NCBI GenBank assembly: GCA_051294375.1
Contig: JBJCIZ010000744.1
Coordinates: 686,264 to 750,263 of the forward strand
Direction: 5' to 3'
Origin: Paraspadella gotoi
Lineage: Eukaryota; Animalia; Chaetognatha
Length of the DNA: 64,000 bases
In this document: in pieces, positions 1 through 18,065 of the stretch
Layout: every line of letters begins with the position of its first letter
Position numbering within the stretch: position 1 is the stretch's first letter
Notes under the pieces: generated by a model
The model's database searches: none
What the model saw: only the letters and a program-made list of their open reading frames with translations
Told to the model about the DNA's origin: nothing
Translations under genes and position numbers: made by a program

Positions 1-12
1 AATTCTCTCTAT

Positions 13-4036
<4,024 letters not shown>

Positions 4037-6464
4037 AATTACTTCTTCGCAAAACTAAAACAAAAAAAAAACAAAAACAAAACTTAAAAACGATCTGTCT
4101 CTGGAGCTTTTTCTCTTTAGTCGTATTTTCTGAAGAAAAAATAGGGCGCGCGCAAATTTTCTTTGTTTTGCCTCGAAATTGATATCGCGAATATTTTGCT
4201 GTGAACCTATCGCCGTGAACCTGTCGCCAACTCGAACCGCTGAGCAATTTGCTGTTTATCTATGATTTTCTGTATACTATTTAAAAGGTGTACGGTCAGG
4301 GAGAATGTGTTTTTCACTATGAAAAATATGTTGGACTTTCTAGCGCTTTTTTTTTTTCGATCTCTCATCATGATAAAGAAGTCTTATAATTTCTTTAAAA
4401 AAAGACCCGCTTAAAGTTAATAATGAATTAGTTTATTGATTGAATGACAAGAATTATTTATTTTACTCTCGCGATAATCATTGATTCGACTTTGTCGAAT
4501 TGTTAAACTAAAACGAGTCATTATTTTTTTTTAACTAGTCGTTGTCTCTCACCCTGTTTATACAACACGAACGTACATTACAGTATTATATTAACGTTTT
4601 TTCGCCTCCTGTTCGATGCATCTCGACCTAAAAAGACTTCGCCATGTGTTTAATACGTTATTTTATTGTATACATAACTATTGAATCCTTTTTTTTTAAC
4701 TTCTGTCTTTTTTTCCCGCGCATCTCTAGTCAATGGCGGCCTAATTTTTTGTCGATAATTTCGCTCGCGTTATCATATATTTTTGCCAATTCCGACGTCC
4801 TTGGATTCTGTCATAACCCGTTTCTTTTCGCCCGACTACAATCCCCCGCTAATTCGAGTTATAAAAAAAAATAATAAACCAAATTAAGTTTTCGGCGAAA
4901 CTCTTTTCTTTTTTTCTTCTGCTAAGTTAAATTAAGCTTGATCGTATTGTGATAACTGACGTATGATGAAATTTAAGCAAGGTTGACATTTTTCATGCAA
5001 GATTCGTTAGACTAACGTCTGAGCACTAACTCTCGCTCCAACATTTTTTAGCGTAGCCTCGGCCCTCCACTACATCCGAATAAAAGCCGAAAATATAAAA
5101 AATGAAAATTTTTCATAGATAAATCGGTACTGAATTTTTACTAAGAATATCTCGGCTACAAAAAGCTGATTAGAACTTGAGTTTGGCAAGACACAAGGTT
5201 AAAAAAATAGAAAAACCTTCCCGTTGAAAGGATTTTTCCTTCACCAATTAACCCTTGGATCGGGTTCTCTAGTTAGCCTAGGATTTCCCTGTCCCGCGCA
5301 GAAAGGGTTTAAAAACTGGGTCGATCGACCATCGATCACCCGTTTCCTCTACTCGGACCCGTCGACGTCGAGTCATCGATCAAAAAGAAGTAGCGCGCGA
5401 CGAGAGGTTTCGGGATTCGTGGAGGCTCTCGGAGGCAGCGGGGCCACCCGGGCGAGGAAGGACGCCGGAGCCGCACGGACAATCAAGTTGCTCTATCCGT
5501 TCACGGACGAATTCTTAACTCCTCGCTCACCCTTCTGATCTACATGTTATATTTTTTTCTTCGCGCGCGTTTTTCGGTGGATAAATCACGTTTTAACTTT
5601 TATGAATATATATTTATTTGAAAAGGTGTTTATGGTGAAGAAAAAGTATTTTTTTATTTTTAAACTAAACCTAATAGTTCACTTAAAAGCTGGAGTGCCC
5701 GGACGAAACTCTTTCGAATGTAATTCGGACCAAAAACCTGCTTTCTTTTTCTTATGGTTTTCGAAAAAAAAAAAAAAAAAAAAAACTATCGTATTTTGTA
5801 TTTCAAGCTCAATATTACACAGTAAATGAGAAGGGACTTAAATCTTTTGTCTCTTCGTCCTTTTAAGATGCAATGATGCGATTATAAGTTTTATATTTTA
5901 TATTTTTTACCAAAAAGGGATAGAAAATAAAGGAGTTATCATAAGCTTAATCTTTTAACAAATTAAAACTTCATTGAACTCTTTTTTAAGCAAAATAAGA
6001 GCCACTTAAGTTTTAAGTACATAAAGCACTAAACTTTGGCTACTTTGGTTATTGTTGACGAAATTGAGATTGACAACGCGTTCACTTTTAATTGTACTCG
6101 GCGCGGAGGAAATTCTCGGGAAATTCTCGTCTCTTTTTTTCCCCCCCGATTTCGTCAACTTTCCTGTTATGCGCGGTCCTGCTATTAATCTTAAAATCTT
6201 AATCTTCATCCGTTACGAGCCGATCTCGTCTTACTTCCAGACTTGGACTCGGTTGTCTCATTCCTTAATGATTGGAAACACAAGCAAACTGGGTCAACCG
6301 ACAAATCTTTCGCCTCAAAAGGTTCGATATAAAGTCACAATAGATCTTTTATTTCGCCGGCGAAACCCTCGTTTTAAATTAGGATCTTTTTATTTATTTT
6401 CATCGTTATTAACTTTATGACGTTTATGGTTTTATGGTGGACTAAAATCCACCAACCGTTCATC

Positions 6465-6725
6465 AGCGGCCATTAGTGTAGAAGGCAAGTCAATCGCCTC
6501 CTAACCCGAAGGTCCGGGGTTCTAGCCCGGTGGTCGCCAAGCAGTTAAGAGGGACGGGGCGCTTAACCCGCCTGTAACACGGTGTTACAGCCTGATCCGA
6601 AGATCAGGGACTGCTTATATTGAACTGTTCTGCCACTATCACATTAGCCTGTTCAAAGTCAGGGGCAAGATAGCTTATTTATGGGTTAGGGTTGTCGCCC
6701 CAATCTCATTATCATTATATTATTT
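6465..6725 (+). mobile_element. tRNA-derived SINE-like element
   Basis: tRNA-like head GCGGCCA..TAGTGTAGAAGG (A box)..GGTTCTAGCCC (B box)..TGGTCGCCA with an unpaired anticodon arm, then a GC-richer ~170-bp body and a (CATTAT/TAT)-type tail in AT-rich intergenic DNA. Confidence 0.55.
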
Positions 6726-9350
6726 GCTTCTGCCCAGTGCCCACCCGAGAAGAATACTTGACGAGTACAACTGACCTCCGTTGATTTATTGTTCTTTCGA
6801 CATCACAATTCCTCTGTCACGCCACTCCGTTATTGTTTTAACTTTTGATTTGTAAAGTTCGTCGTTTGACTTTTATAGTATATTTCTCAGGCCTGATTTT
6901 TTTCAGTGATGAAAATATAGTTTCTAGATTGACGGCCTCACGCAGTCCGTCATTCGCTGGGCCACTTTTTAATTTTTCATTTTTTTTCTGGTTCGGACGG
7001 CTCTGGAATGAATATAATTTTCTTTTGTGACCAAAACCATTTCTTAGTTTTTAACATTTTATGCTTCTATTTATTTGTTAATTCTAGTAATACAGAGCAT
7101 GTAACAGTTTGTAACGCAATACGTAAATTTTTTTTTACATAAAACATTAACGATACGAATCATTAGCAAAATTTTTTCTTAAAATGAATCTATTTTTTAT
7201 TTTAAACAATTTACATTTAGGTATTAAGCTAGTTTTCTATTAGTCCTACATCAATTCAAATCTTTTTTGATGACGGTTGACACGGTTGACACGTTGCTAC
7301 GTTCGTCGTGATCTCAACGCGGAACTCATTTTCGAACCAGCAGAATCAACATATCTCATATAATTAACAAGCATTAAGCAACCTGGTAACGCATCGGACT
7401 AAGTATAATAAGTAGAATACCGCCTCAATATAATCAAATTAAAATAATAAAAAAGACTTGGATGCTTTGAAAGCAAATTTTTCGACTAAAAAAAAATTTA
7501 ACTGTAAAAGTTGAAAATCCGACGATATTTGAGCAATGGCGTTATGATTGGGGCGCGGAGCAAGTCACCTATTATATACTATATATTATATAATATATAG
7601 TATACGTATTGGCAATAGGGGCTTCTGACTCTCTGGCGCGGTTATTAGTTCTTGCTTCGCTTACAGGATTGAAACCAGAAGGCTTAGCTTATGCACACTT
7701 TGTTGAACGAAGTCGTTGGTGAGGCGACTTTATCGAACATGAGGGGCATTTGGGAGTACTAAGGACCTGGTCAAAGACCTGCAGATCTATTTAACCAGTT
7801 AGGATTTCGATCCTCGTCACTTTTCTTTTCGAAAATCTTGCCTTAAATTTTAAATTTTTTATTTGAGTTAAATCCTAATGTTGATATCGAACGAACTTCA
7901 ATTTAAACTTTATTTTACTCTATATGTATATGGGGAAAAAATTATGCAATTAAAAATAATAAACTATTTACCAGGATCCGGCAATATATTTTTAAATAAT
8001 ATCCTTACCAACCCTGCCAGTTTGAACCGGTTAAATCCGGCCGTATTCCAGTCGCATTGCACGAAAACCTCCCCCCCGCTTTTTAGTTAGACTTAGAGGG
8101 TGGAAGAGGTGGCGTCGAGGCAGGTCGGGGGGGGGCGTGGTAGGGAGCAACGAATTGGAATGATGTAACAACGGGAGTTGGTTAAAAAATGAGGAACTTG
8201 GAATCAAACGGAGCCGTTTTTTTTTAATAAGCCCAGGGCCTCGCCTACTATTTGTCGCGTCGGAAAACTTATGATTCGCAGTCTAAGCTTAAGCGATTTA
8301 TAGTTTTTTTTTTGAGATCCGCGTTCGGTAGCCGGTTTGAGACTTTCCTTCTATTGTTATTGTGTTGTTTCGATCCAAAATTTCGGTCTCAACTGGAACG
8401 GGAAACGCACGAAGGCAAAAAAGGATCGTACGCAGGCGAGACAAACCTATTGAGAAATTAATTAGGAACGAGGTTCGAAAATCCAAAGAGGAAAGTCGAA
8501 AAAGTCTTTCCTCTAAAAATAAAAAGGGAAGATAAATTTATACATCATCAATGATCAAAATAAAATTAAAACAAAATCTAAAAGTTTAAATCTCAATTTT
8601 AGAAAGAAAACAAAGTTTATTTTTGTTTACAAACAACGAGTTTTATTTTTCAAACGGACGTGTTTCGACTTTTTTTCTAGTCTTCTTTCGAAATTTTAAA
8701 ACGCAACGAAACGAAAGTCTTTGCACTATATCTCAATTTTATTAAAAAAAAAGATTATTTTCCCAAACAAATCATTTTAACGGACGAAAATCCGCTTTTA
8801 CTTTTTTTTCTCAGTTTCTCCCCAAATATTCTTCGGTCAGTTTATTTTTTTTTTCGGCTCATCAAACCGGCTTCTCGATTAATTAATTAAGTTTAAACGA
8901 AATAGAAAAAAGAAAATCGACAAGAAATAACAAAAACAGCAAAACAACGACAAATCGAAACAAAGTTTCTCAAAACGATTTTTTTTTGTTGGAGGGCGCC
9001 GAACTCTCTCGCTCTAACCGCTTACTCCCCCCCCTTTCAATTTTCTTACTCTTTATCAGGTTTTTAAACATTTCTGGTCTCCCGCCAAACGAAATTTCCC
9101 ATTTTCGAGGTTTTTTTACATCGTCTTTCTCGTTTAATTCTCTTCTTGGCTTTTTTTTATCACCATTGATCGCTACCCACGTCCAAATTACAAGTTCCGA
9201 GATCTTAGTCGTCTCGCTGAATATATAACCAAAGTGACATAACACATTGAACCAATTAAAAGAAATAACAAACTAACACAAAAAACCATCTCCGACGTCT
9301 AAAAAGAAAATCAAACAAACAAAATAATTAAATATCAAAGAAATTATACC

Positions 9351-10660
9351 ATGGATCAGGCGCAATACGGACGAAAAATCTACAAAGACATTCCATGGGG
9401 TTGGGTTGTCACCGGAGCGGCTTTTTTCAACACCATGTTTTCAGTCGGTGAGAATGACATAAACTTCCTCGTCTTTTTTTTTTTTTCGATCGGAAATCGT
9501 CATTTTTTTTATGCCACCATTTTCTTCAAATCATGTATGTTCCTCTTCATCTCAACTCATAAAAGGTCATTTATTGGTTTGTTGTAACAAAATACCGGAC
9601 GAGTAATTCTCTCTTTTTCATCCCCGCCTTTTAATTTTTGTTTTCAATTAAAAAATGATTTTGGATGTACGTATTTACCGATTCAAATTTTCATTGTTTT
9701 TCACTAATTTCTAATTATCTTTCATTTGTCATTATGTAATTAAATTAAATAAACCTATTCTATATCAATCGTCTACAGAAGGCTTCATATTATAAAATGA
9801 GGTACCCATTTTTTGAGACCACCCGATCGAATTTTATAAAATTTTACATATAGAGTCCAATCGAAGCGAATTTTTATATTCAACCCATGACAAGAGATAC
9901 AGGGCCCTGGGGCTGGACCCCTGGGGGCCAAAAAAGGCTAATTTTTTTTAGTAGCATCAGGTTCATCGATGTCTTAAACATATAAAAATCTTTTTTAAAA
10001 CTAAAATTGATTAATTTTTTGCTAATTAATCGGTGTTTGAAGATGCATGGTTCATCGTTTTTCTCCCAATTTTCCCGAATTATTCCAAATCTGACTTGAA
10101 CCGCTGATGTTCATGAAGCTGAAACTTAAGGTAAATGAATATAATGGTAATAAATAAATAAACAAAAAAATTACAAAATTAGAAAAAACATTTTTGATAA
10201 TTTTATGCCCTTATGGGTTACCCCTCCTGGAGCCAATATCTCGGCTCAGGGGTCAAATATTGAAATTCGCCTCGATAGTTCTATTTGTATTCACATAGAG
10301 ATCGTTAATAACAAATTTCATTAAAATCTATTCAGTAGTTTTCTCGGAACGTGTTCTGATCACAAAAAAGGGGTACTTGTTGCGTCCACAGTACCTCATT
10401 TTATAATATGAAGACTTCCGTAATCATTCAATTATTTATTTTCACTCATTCATTTCTTTTATCTCTCCTTGTCCTATTTAGATTTTGTTTTATTTTATTG
10501 CACTTATGCCATTTTATTGGTTTGCTAGATTACTTAGTAAGATTAGCAAGTCTTCAAAAGTTGTAAAACATGTCCGCGGTCATGGGTGATGGCAAGTAAA
10601 AATCGTTCATTTAAGATCTTCAGATTGATCAATTTATAATTGAAAAAGTCGATTGAGGGA

Positions 10661-10702
<42 letters not shown>

Positions 10703-13700
10703 AAAAAAAATTAGAAAGAGTTAACATTTTTAAATTTAAAAAATCGAAATCATACCCTTGAGATTTGATATATTAATCGATTAATCAAAAGTGCTTTGAC
10801 ACGATCCCGATGAATCGCTTTTGGATCGAGCTAATAAAAAAAATCAGTTTAGTTTGATTTCACGAATTGAAACGAGTTTAAAATGTTGAGCAATGTTATA
10901 TAGGAAAATACATGCCTTTTATTACGAAGTCAGAGAGATATTTTCATCTCCAGGGACAGTACCCGTCTTGGGCGTTTACTTCACCGACTGGCAAGATGAG
11001 TTTCTTTCGTCTCGAACCTCGATTTCCGGCGTCTCTTCTCTTTGCTTTCTCTCCATCTGCGCCGCCACGCCCATCGGAGCCTTCATCGCCGACAGATGGT
11101 CCTGCAGGACCGCCGTCTGCTTAGGTTCGAGGGAAAACAAAAGGACAAGAAGTTTTGTTTAAATAATTGTTAAAGAGAAGAATAATAAGAAGATTAAGAG
11201 CATTGAGTAAAAAAAAATATGGGAAAACAAAAATAAATTGATAACCAAACAAATTATTGTCCCCAAACAAGGAGGTTTGCTCTTGGGAATCGGATACTTT
11301 TTGGCGTTCTTCTGCCAAACTTTGCTTCAACTCTACATGTTCATTGGGCTGATCGGGTACCTAGGCGGATCTTTCGCATATACAGTCAGCTACATCTGCG
11401 TCACTGAATACATGGACAAGCGCCTGTCTATCGGTATGTTTCTGAATTGATTAAAAGCTGTTTGATTAATTTATACAATTAATTCAATCTTTCCAGTCAA
11501 GTGTAATATTTTTAAAATGGGATGGTTCTATAACAACCTTGTATAATGTATAAGTATAATGTATAATATAAGTATAATATATGTATATTGTATAATGTAT
11601 AAGTTTTATATGAGATAATTATCATTTTTAACGACAGCCAGGTTTTCAATAATCTAGTCAGTTCTAAAGTATAAATAAGAACTTAAGATTAACTTTGAAC
11701 TAAAGTATGCCATGCTCATATCAAAAACTTTATTTCAAATAAACAAGTTTTAACAGAAATTATTACCGCGATTTTCAGCCTCGTTAACTTAAAAAAAACA
11801 AAACAATTAACGAGGCAGAGCGAGAGAAACGGCCAAGAGTTAATGAATTGAAAACTGAGAAATTAGTGAGACGAGAGGGAAAATAACGTCATCAACGCAC
11901 TTAAAAATAAAATCATGGGACAAAGAAAAGCTAAAAATAGTGGGATAACGCTTTATTCACTTTCTTTTTTTTTATAAAATTGAAAGAAAAAATTATGTGA
12001 CAATTATGCAATAATATGCAATTATGCATACATACCTGAAAGCTTTTTGTATGTCTTTAAACTCATGCACTGGATTTAGCCAGAATTAATCAGTTTGGTA
12101 ATCATAAGTTTAAGATTTATTTTTATATTCTGTGTATATGAAGTTTTATAATTGTTAAAATATTTCGGATCACAAATCGAGACTCTAACCTCGATTAAAA
12201 AAAAAAATCTTAAAAGTATAAGGATCTCGCCAAGATATCTTGGCGAGATAACAAACCCAAATCGCCGCTTTTTTCAGCCAATTCGATCGCCAACTGCGGG
12301 AGCCCGCTCGGCTCAATCCTCCTCCCCATTATCTTCGATTACATCCGGTTCGAGATGACGTGGCGCAACGCGGTCCTCGTCGCCTCCGCCGTCTACTTCA
12401 ACGTCTGCGCCATGGGGATGCTCATGCGTCCCAACCGGCCGCGCCCGATCCTCGACGGCGACGAGGACGTCGTCGTCGCCTTCACTCCCGATTTTCGCCG
12501 AGTCGACGACGAACTCGAGATGCGCAAAGAGGCGCTGCTCCGCGGGCCGGCGTCGACCGAGCGGCGATTAGAGGAGCGGATTCCGGCGCCGATCGCCGAT
12601 GAGGCGTTGAAGACTCACTTCCGGTCGTTAACCAACGTGAAGGGACTCTTGGCGGAACTGAGCCTAGAGGGCGAGCCGGGGTTGAAACCGCCGATGCGAG
12701 TGAGATCGGCGACGCTGTTCGACGACGTCGGAGAAAGACTCGGGATAGATCGGTCCCGACCCGGCTCAGCTCTTGCTCTCTCAGCCAGGTGAAAAATGTG
12801 TTTCGTTAACGAATCAAAATGTTTGATAAATTATAATACCAAAGAATATAACAAGGTTTCAATGCCTTTACGTAATAATTTACCAGCCAATACTGTCAAA
12901 CTCAATCCATTTTTTTAAAATGTAAAGGATAAAAAAAAATATTGCGATTCAACCGGAGCATTCCCACTATATGCAAATATATTTAGTGAATTCAATTAAA
13001 ACCCTCCGAGCCTTTTTTTTAATACGGACAAAGCAATTACACTTAGTATTATTATTACTATTTGTATTTCCCTATTACGTGGAAACAAAATGACAACAAA
13101 TTGTTGAACCGGTTTCACCCCTTTCCTCTTTAGATGGCGCTCCCTCAACAAAATCCGTCCGGCCCACAGCCACGTCTCCATCCCTCCGTTCTGCGACGGC
13201 GGTGGCGTGGCTCTGGCCGAGGCCGGCGTCCGGGAAGGCGGCCCGAGCGCCTGCGTCAAGGGATTCTGGATGGAGATGTTGCAACACCCGTTCTTCGGCT
13301 GGTACCTTGCCTACTCCGCCATCTCCTTCTCCAGCATCTACACCCCAAGCATCTTCCTCGTCCCTTACGCCGTTCGAGTGATGGAGGTGCCGCAGTGGAA
13401 GGCGTCCAGGCTGGTGAGTCTTGGTCGTCGTCGACGTCGTTGTAAAGGGGAGACTGACCATTTACTCCACGACCCGCCTTACCTGCCCCAACCTCTTCTC
13501 CGCCCCAAAGGTCTCCATCAACGCGTCCTTCATCCTCCTCGGCAGCCTCCTCACCGGCGTCATTCTCTCCCACGACAAAATGCGGCGCCGCGAGACTCAC
13601 TTCCTCTGCGTCGCGATGGCGCTGCTGGGCCTCGTCTCCGTCCTGCTAAGTCTGGCGCCTGACTTCCCCACCCTCGCCATCCTCGCCGCTATCTATGGCG

Positions 13701-13996
13701 CCCTTTACGGCGTCTGGGGCGCCACCTACTTTACCGTGATGGTCGGTCTTTTCGGACAACGCATGCTGCCCTCCGTGGCGTCGGTGGTGCAGCTCTTCGG
13801 AAGCGTGGCCATCTTCGGCGGTCCGCCGCTGGCCGGAATTCTCTCCACGTACTTTCGATGGTACGGACTCGTGTACGTCTTCGCTGGCGCCGTCATTCTC
13901 CTCTCGGCGGCGTGCTTGTCGAGAGTGCTCGTCGTGGAGGCGAGGATGAGGCGAGAAAGGGCGCCGCCGGCGGTCGTCGTCGAGGAGGAGGCTTGA
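9351..13996 (+). CDS. MFS transporter, monocarboxylate transporter (SLC16/MCT)-like; ~6 exons
   Basis: Exons ~9351-9448, ~10954-11124, ~11272-11433, ~12279-12788, ~13134-13413, 13511-13996. N-terminal DIPWGWVV motif (MCT 'DGGWGW'), GAFIADRWSCR, EYMDKRLSIANSIANCG, MTWRNA..MGMLMRP, large central loop, ..GGPPLAG..; about 12 hydrophobic segments. Confidence 0.85.
9776..10420. mobile_element. Tc1/mariner-type MITE in intron 1 of the transporter
   Basis: 30-bp terminal inverted repeats C(A/G)GAAG(G/T)CTTCATATTATAAAATGAGGTAC flanked by TA on both sides (9774-75, 10421-22); 645 bp; no ORF. Confidence 0.85.
10665..10700. repeat. (GA)n microsatellite (similar tracts at ~16500-16521, ~17457-17508, ~26320-26345)
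   Basis: Dinucleotide runs visible directly. Confidence 0.9.
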
Positions 13997-16900
13997 CTCG
14001 GGGGGAGGGGGGGGGGGGAAACATAATCCAATATGGCGCATTGATCTGGTGCGTCGCAAAACGGAAGTATCTCTTACGAATTTCCTGGCAGCGTCAATCC
14101 GGCCCAGTCGGGGGCCAACGTTCCTGTCAAAATTGCGCCAAAAATCTCACTTGCATATTGATGAAATAAAATATTACCCAATATTCTTGCCAATGCAACA
14201 GAACGTTTCTCCGACTCTCAGCGTTGGTTTCGCAAATTCCGTCAGGGCGAACCGCCAATGTCAATAATAAATGGTATTTAACTAGTCACACTGTCAGACT
14301 AGTCACTGTGACTAGTAGTCACAGCTGTTGTGTGAAAAGTAGATTTGAAAAGTCAGTCCTAAAAAGGATGATGACTGGAGACGCGGGAACTAATCTCCAT
14401 CAAATTTGTCGTAATAATGTTGCGAATGGAAAACACAAGTTATACTCGAAGTCCAAGTTCTTAAATACCTTGTTTCCACGGTAACCCAACGATGATTTTG
14501 TGGGAAGTTTTGATACCATTCACTATTAGTTTATTTTCTAGTTGTTTTTTGATTGATTGTTTTTGAAGTTGGGTTACTAGTGGTTAATTTTAAACCACTG
14601 CTCCTAGGTTCTAGTTAAGCGAGCATTTAATAAATTTCTTGCATGATTTGTTATTTCTGTATTGGAAAATAAAACAAAAGTTGATATTTACTCACTTCTT
14701 TATTTTTATTGAAATTCTTCGCTAACTGCAAACGAGCTAATGATTCATGATTGAATTTTTTTATCAAAAAGGCGAGTTTACGGGCAGTATTTTAATTTAC
14801 CATACTTAGGAACAAGGAATGATAAATAATTACAAATACTGTGAACGAATATTTCTAACTGACAAATGAGACGTTCGCTTAAACAAAAAAAAAATACTGA
14901 GGAGCTAAAAACGTATTACGCAACTAAAATTTAAAAAAAAAAGTTTTTCTTCTCCGATACAAATATTGAGACAAAAATTATCTTTACTGAATGTCTGTTG
15001 TTTAAAACTAAGTATATATTTTAGTTAAATTAGCGGCAAAAAAACGAATTCCATGCGACTCTCGCCGATTTAACTTATTTTTTTAATTATGTAAATTGAT
15101 TCTAATTAAGGATAACTTGCATCTTTATGGCACGGCGGGATGTAAAAAAAAAAAGGAACATCTCGATGGACAACGTAAGTCGCACGATCGACAAATAGGG
15201 AGACAAAGTATTTGGCTTGGAGTCAAAGCTGTAGGAGCTGTATGAGCATCATTACGTTTAAAAAAAATTAAAACAAATCAATTACGCTTTTCGTGCCACA
15301 TTCGACTCCGATGACCATTGAAACCATTTAAAGGAGCAGCTTATTGTAATTAGCGATTAATATTTGTTTTCATAAAAAACTAAAAAAAGGCAAACAGATC
15401 GAAATGCCTACAAGGGAGAGACTTCGGCTCGAAAAGCGCAGAGATTTCTTAATTTTTTAAAAAATTGATTAACTTTTAAACATTGGGTCAGAAGCTTTGA
15501 TTATAAAATTTAACTCGTATTTGACGTTGATACGGAGTAAAAACAAAGAGACAAGGTGAAACGATCATCAGTTACCATTTAGTTATTTGCGGAATAAAAA
15601 AAAAAACGTCGCGCTATTTGAGGAATCGACGATAAACGTAAACTGTCCATTACATTACATTCGTAGGTTATTAGTACAATGAATTAACTGCACCATTTTA
15701 ATCGGGGAGAGAATTCGTGTAAAAATGTGAGAGTAGGTGTGAGTCCTGTAGATAGTACTTAAACATTCACAAGAAACCGAGCCCCAATTCACGACGCCAC
15801 GCAAAGAATTGCGTCTGTTTTTTTCTTCTTTTTTCCGAAAAGGTTTTGGTACCACGGTTGAAAATGTTAAATGTACAACATAAATCAATTTATAACAGTC
15901 ATGGGCGGTTTTTTTTTTAAATTAAAACCAGATTGTCCAAAAAAACATGAAATGGCAAAAACTAGTATAAAAAGCTACGATGGCTCTTCGCGAAGTACAA
16001 GCAACAAAAATGCGAACAAAAACGTTTGAAAAGAAAAACTCAAAGGAATGTTAATATATGTATATATAAATGTATGTAGTAAGTAATTCAGCTGGACTAA
16101 AAGCGGCCTTTTTTTAAAAGACGGAAAAATATAGCGTGTAAATTCGATTACTAAACAAGCAATAATCACTGTACATTCGAAGGAATCTCTGTATGGAGTG
16201 TACGAGAACATTCAAAGTCAATCAGATCCAATGGGACAAAAAAAAAAAGAAAGAAAGAATTGGTTTTGAGAAAAATATTTTGATTTTCTCGTTTGAAATC
16301 GAAGCATGCAAATTCCCCGTGCAAACAACAAACCTTTCGTTATGTATGACCATTTTCCATAAATTTCAAGTCCTTGACAATTCAGGCCGGGATCGTGATA
16401 AAAAAAAAGCATCACGAGGAGAGACAAGTGTCCACGATTCCATCTCAATCATTCTTCATTCGCGCATCATAGAATTCATTCCGACGCATCGTGGATAAAC
16501 AGAGAGAGAGAGAGAGAGAGATCAAGAACAAAAACGATTAAATAGATCATATCGCTTAAACGACAAAATCACAAAATATTCTACTACAAGTGAATATATA
16601 TGTATATTCATAGCAATCGGGAATACTGAATATGACAGGTGAGCCACTATTTGCTAGAGTCCTAGATACATTCAAGTTGTTATTTCTCGGTAGGAAGATA
16701 ACGCTATTTTTTTTTTACAACGTAAGTTTCGAAGGTTCCAATATCAACGTCGTTTCGTATGGCTCACACTTTGGTTCTGAGACGCACTATTTTTTGTTGT
16801 TGTATTCTAATAAAAAAAAAACTTGTTGTGTAGCCGAGCTGGTGGAAGTATTGGCCTCGGTAGACAACGATGAAAGAACCTGTAAGAGGGCCAGGTATAA

Positions 16901-17453
16901 TAAAAATTATAGTTTGATTATTATCTAACAATTTACAAATTGAACGATAGGAATTTTATTTCTGTCTACTGATTACCTGGTTATTGAGTTCGAATCCTTT
17001 GGCATTTATTTCAATTAGTCGATGTTACTCTTTTCCGTTTCGATTCTGAAAAGAAAAAGGAAAAAAATCGATGTTCAATTGTTTGACGAGAAAAATTTTC
17101 CCCTGCAGGAGTCTCTAGTCATCTCTTCGGAGAACTCTTTTACGGCGTGCTCGCCCCGAGGTTATTCTGTCTCGAGGCTCGATGCAACAAAGAGCTCGCG
17201 CCCCGACGTCGGCGCCGCACGCGCCTATCTGGCTGTCCGATTGGTCGCCGCGGGGACGAACGAGGTCGGTGATTGGTTCCCACGCAGAGTGCGAGGAACT
17301 CGAGATAGAGAGAACAGCTGCCTCGAAGAAAAGCGCCCGCAGAAGAAAAAGGAGGTGGAAGGAGTATGACGGGGAGGAGTAGAGATAAAAAGAATAAGAG
17401 CGGGAAGAGGAAGAAGAAAAACCCTCGAAGTAAATCGACGGAGCGGAACAAAC

Positions 17454-17508
<55 letters not shown>

Positions 17509-18065
17509 CTTAAGAGTTCACGATGGTTCAAAATTTGATGCTGGATGGTGAGGAAATGCTTTAAAGACGAGTAACGCTCGACCTTGAGGTGTGGCTTGGA
17601 TTTTAATAATCTTTATAAAAATTCAGCTAAATCATTCACATGTACACAAAATAATAAAAAAAATTCAAAGAGTAAAACCACCGGGAGCCAGTGGTTTTTG
17701 GAAAGACAAAGCAACCTTTAAATAAACATCGGGGCAGATGGCGAGATCGATTCTTTCTTTTAATTTTCTTTTTTTCTTTAGTTTTCTCTTTCATTTTTTT
17801 CTTCTTTTTCGTCGGTGAGAAACAAAAGGAAGAGGAGGACCGCGAGCGATGAGCTTCGTACAAAAAAAAATTAGATTAAGATTTTGGAAGAGAGAGACAG
17901 AGAGCAACAAAAGCGAGGTTAAAGAGAGACAGAGATGAACTTAAAACCCAGCATAGAAAACGGAAAGAAGTTAAAAAGAGACAGAGATGAACTTAAAACC
18001 AAGCGTGGGAAAGGGAAAGAGAGAGATAGATAATAATAACCATCCCAAATTACTCGATCCCCCAT

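Noticed and set aside
6465-6540. Functional tRNA gene
   Set aside because: The anticodon stem does not pair, there is no poly-T terminator, and a SINE-like body follows.
17022-17551. Protein-coding gene in the GC-rich island
   Set aside because: Overlapping short ORFs run into (GA)n repeats, with no recognisable domain or partner exons.
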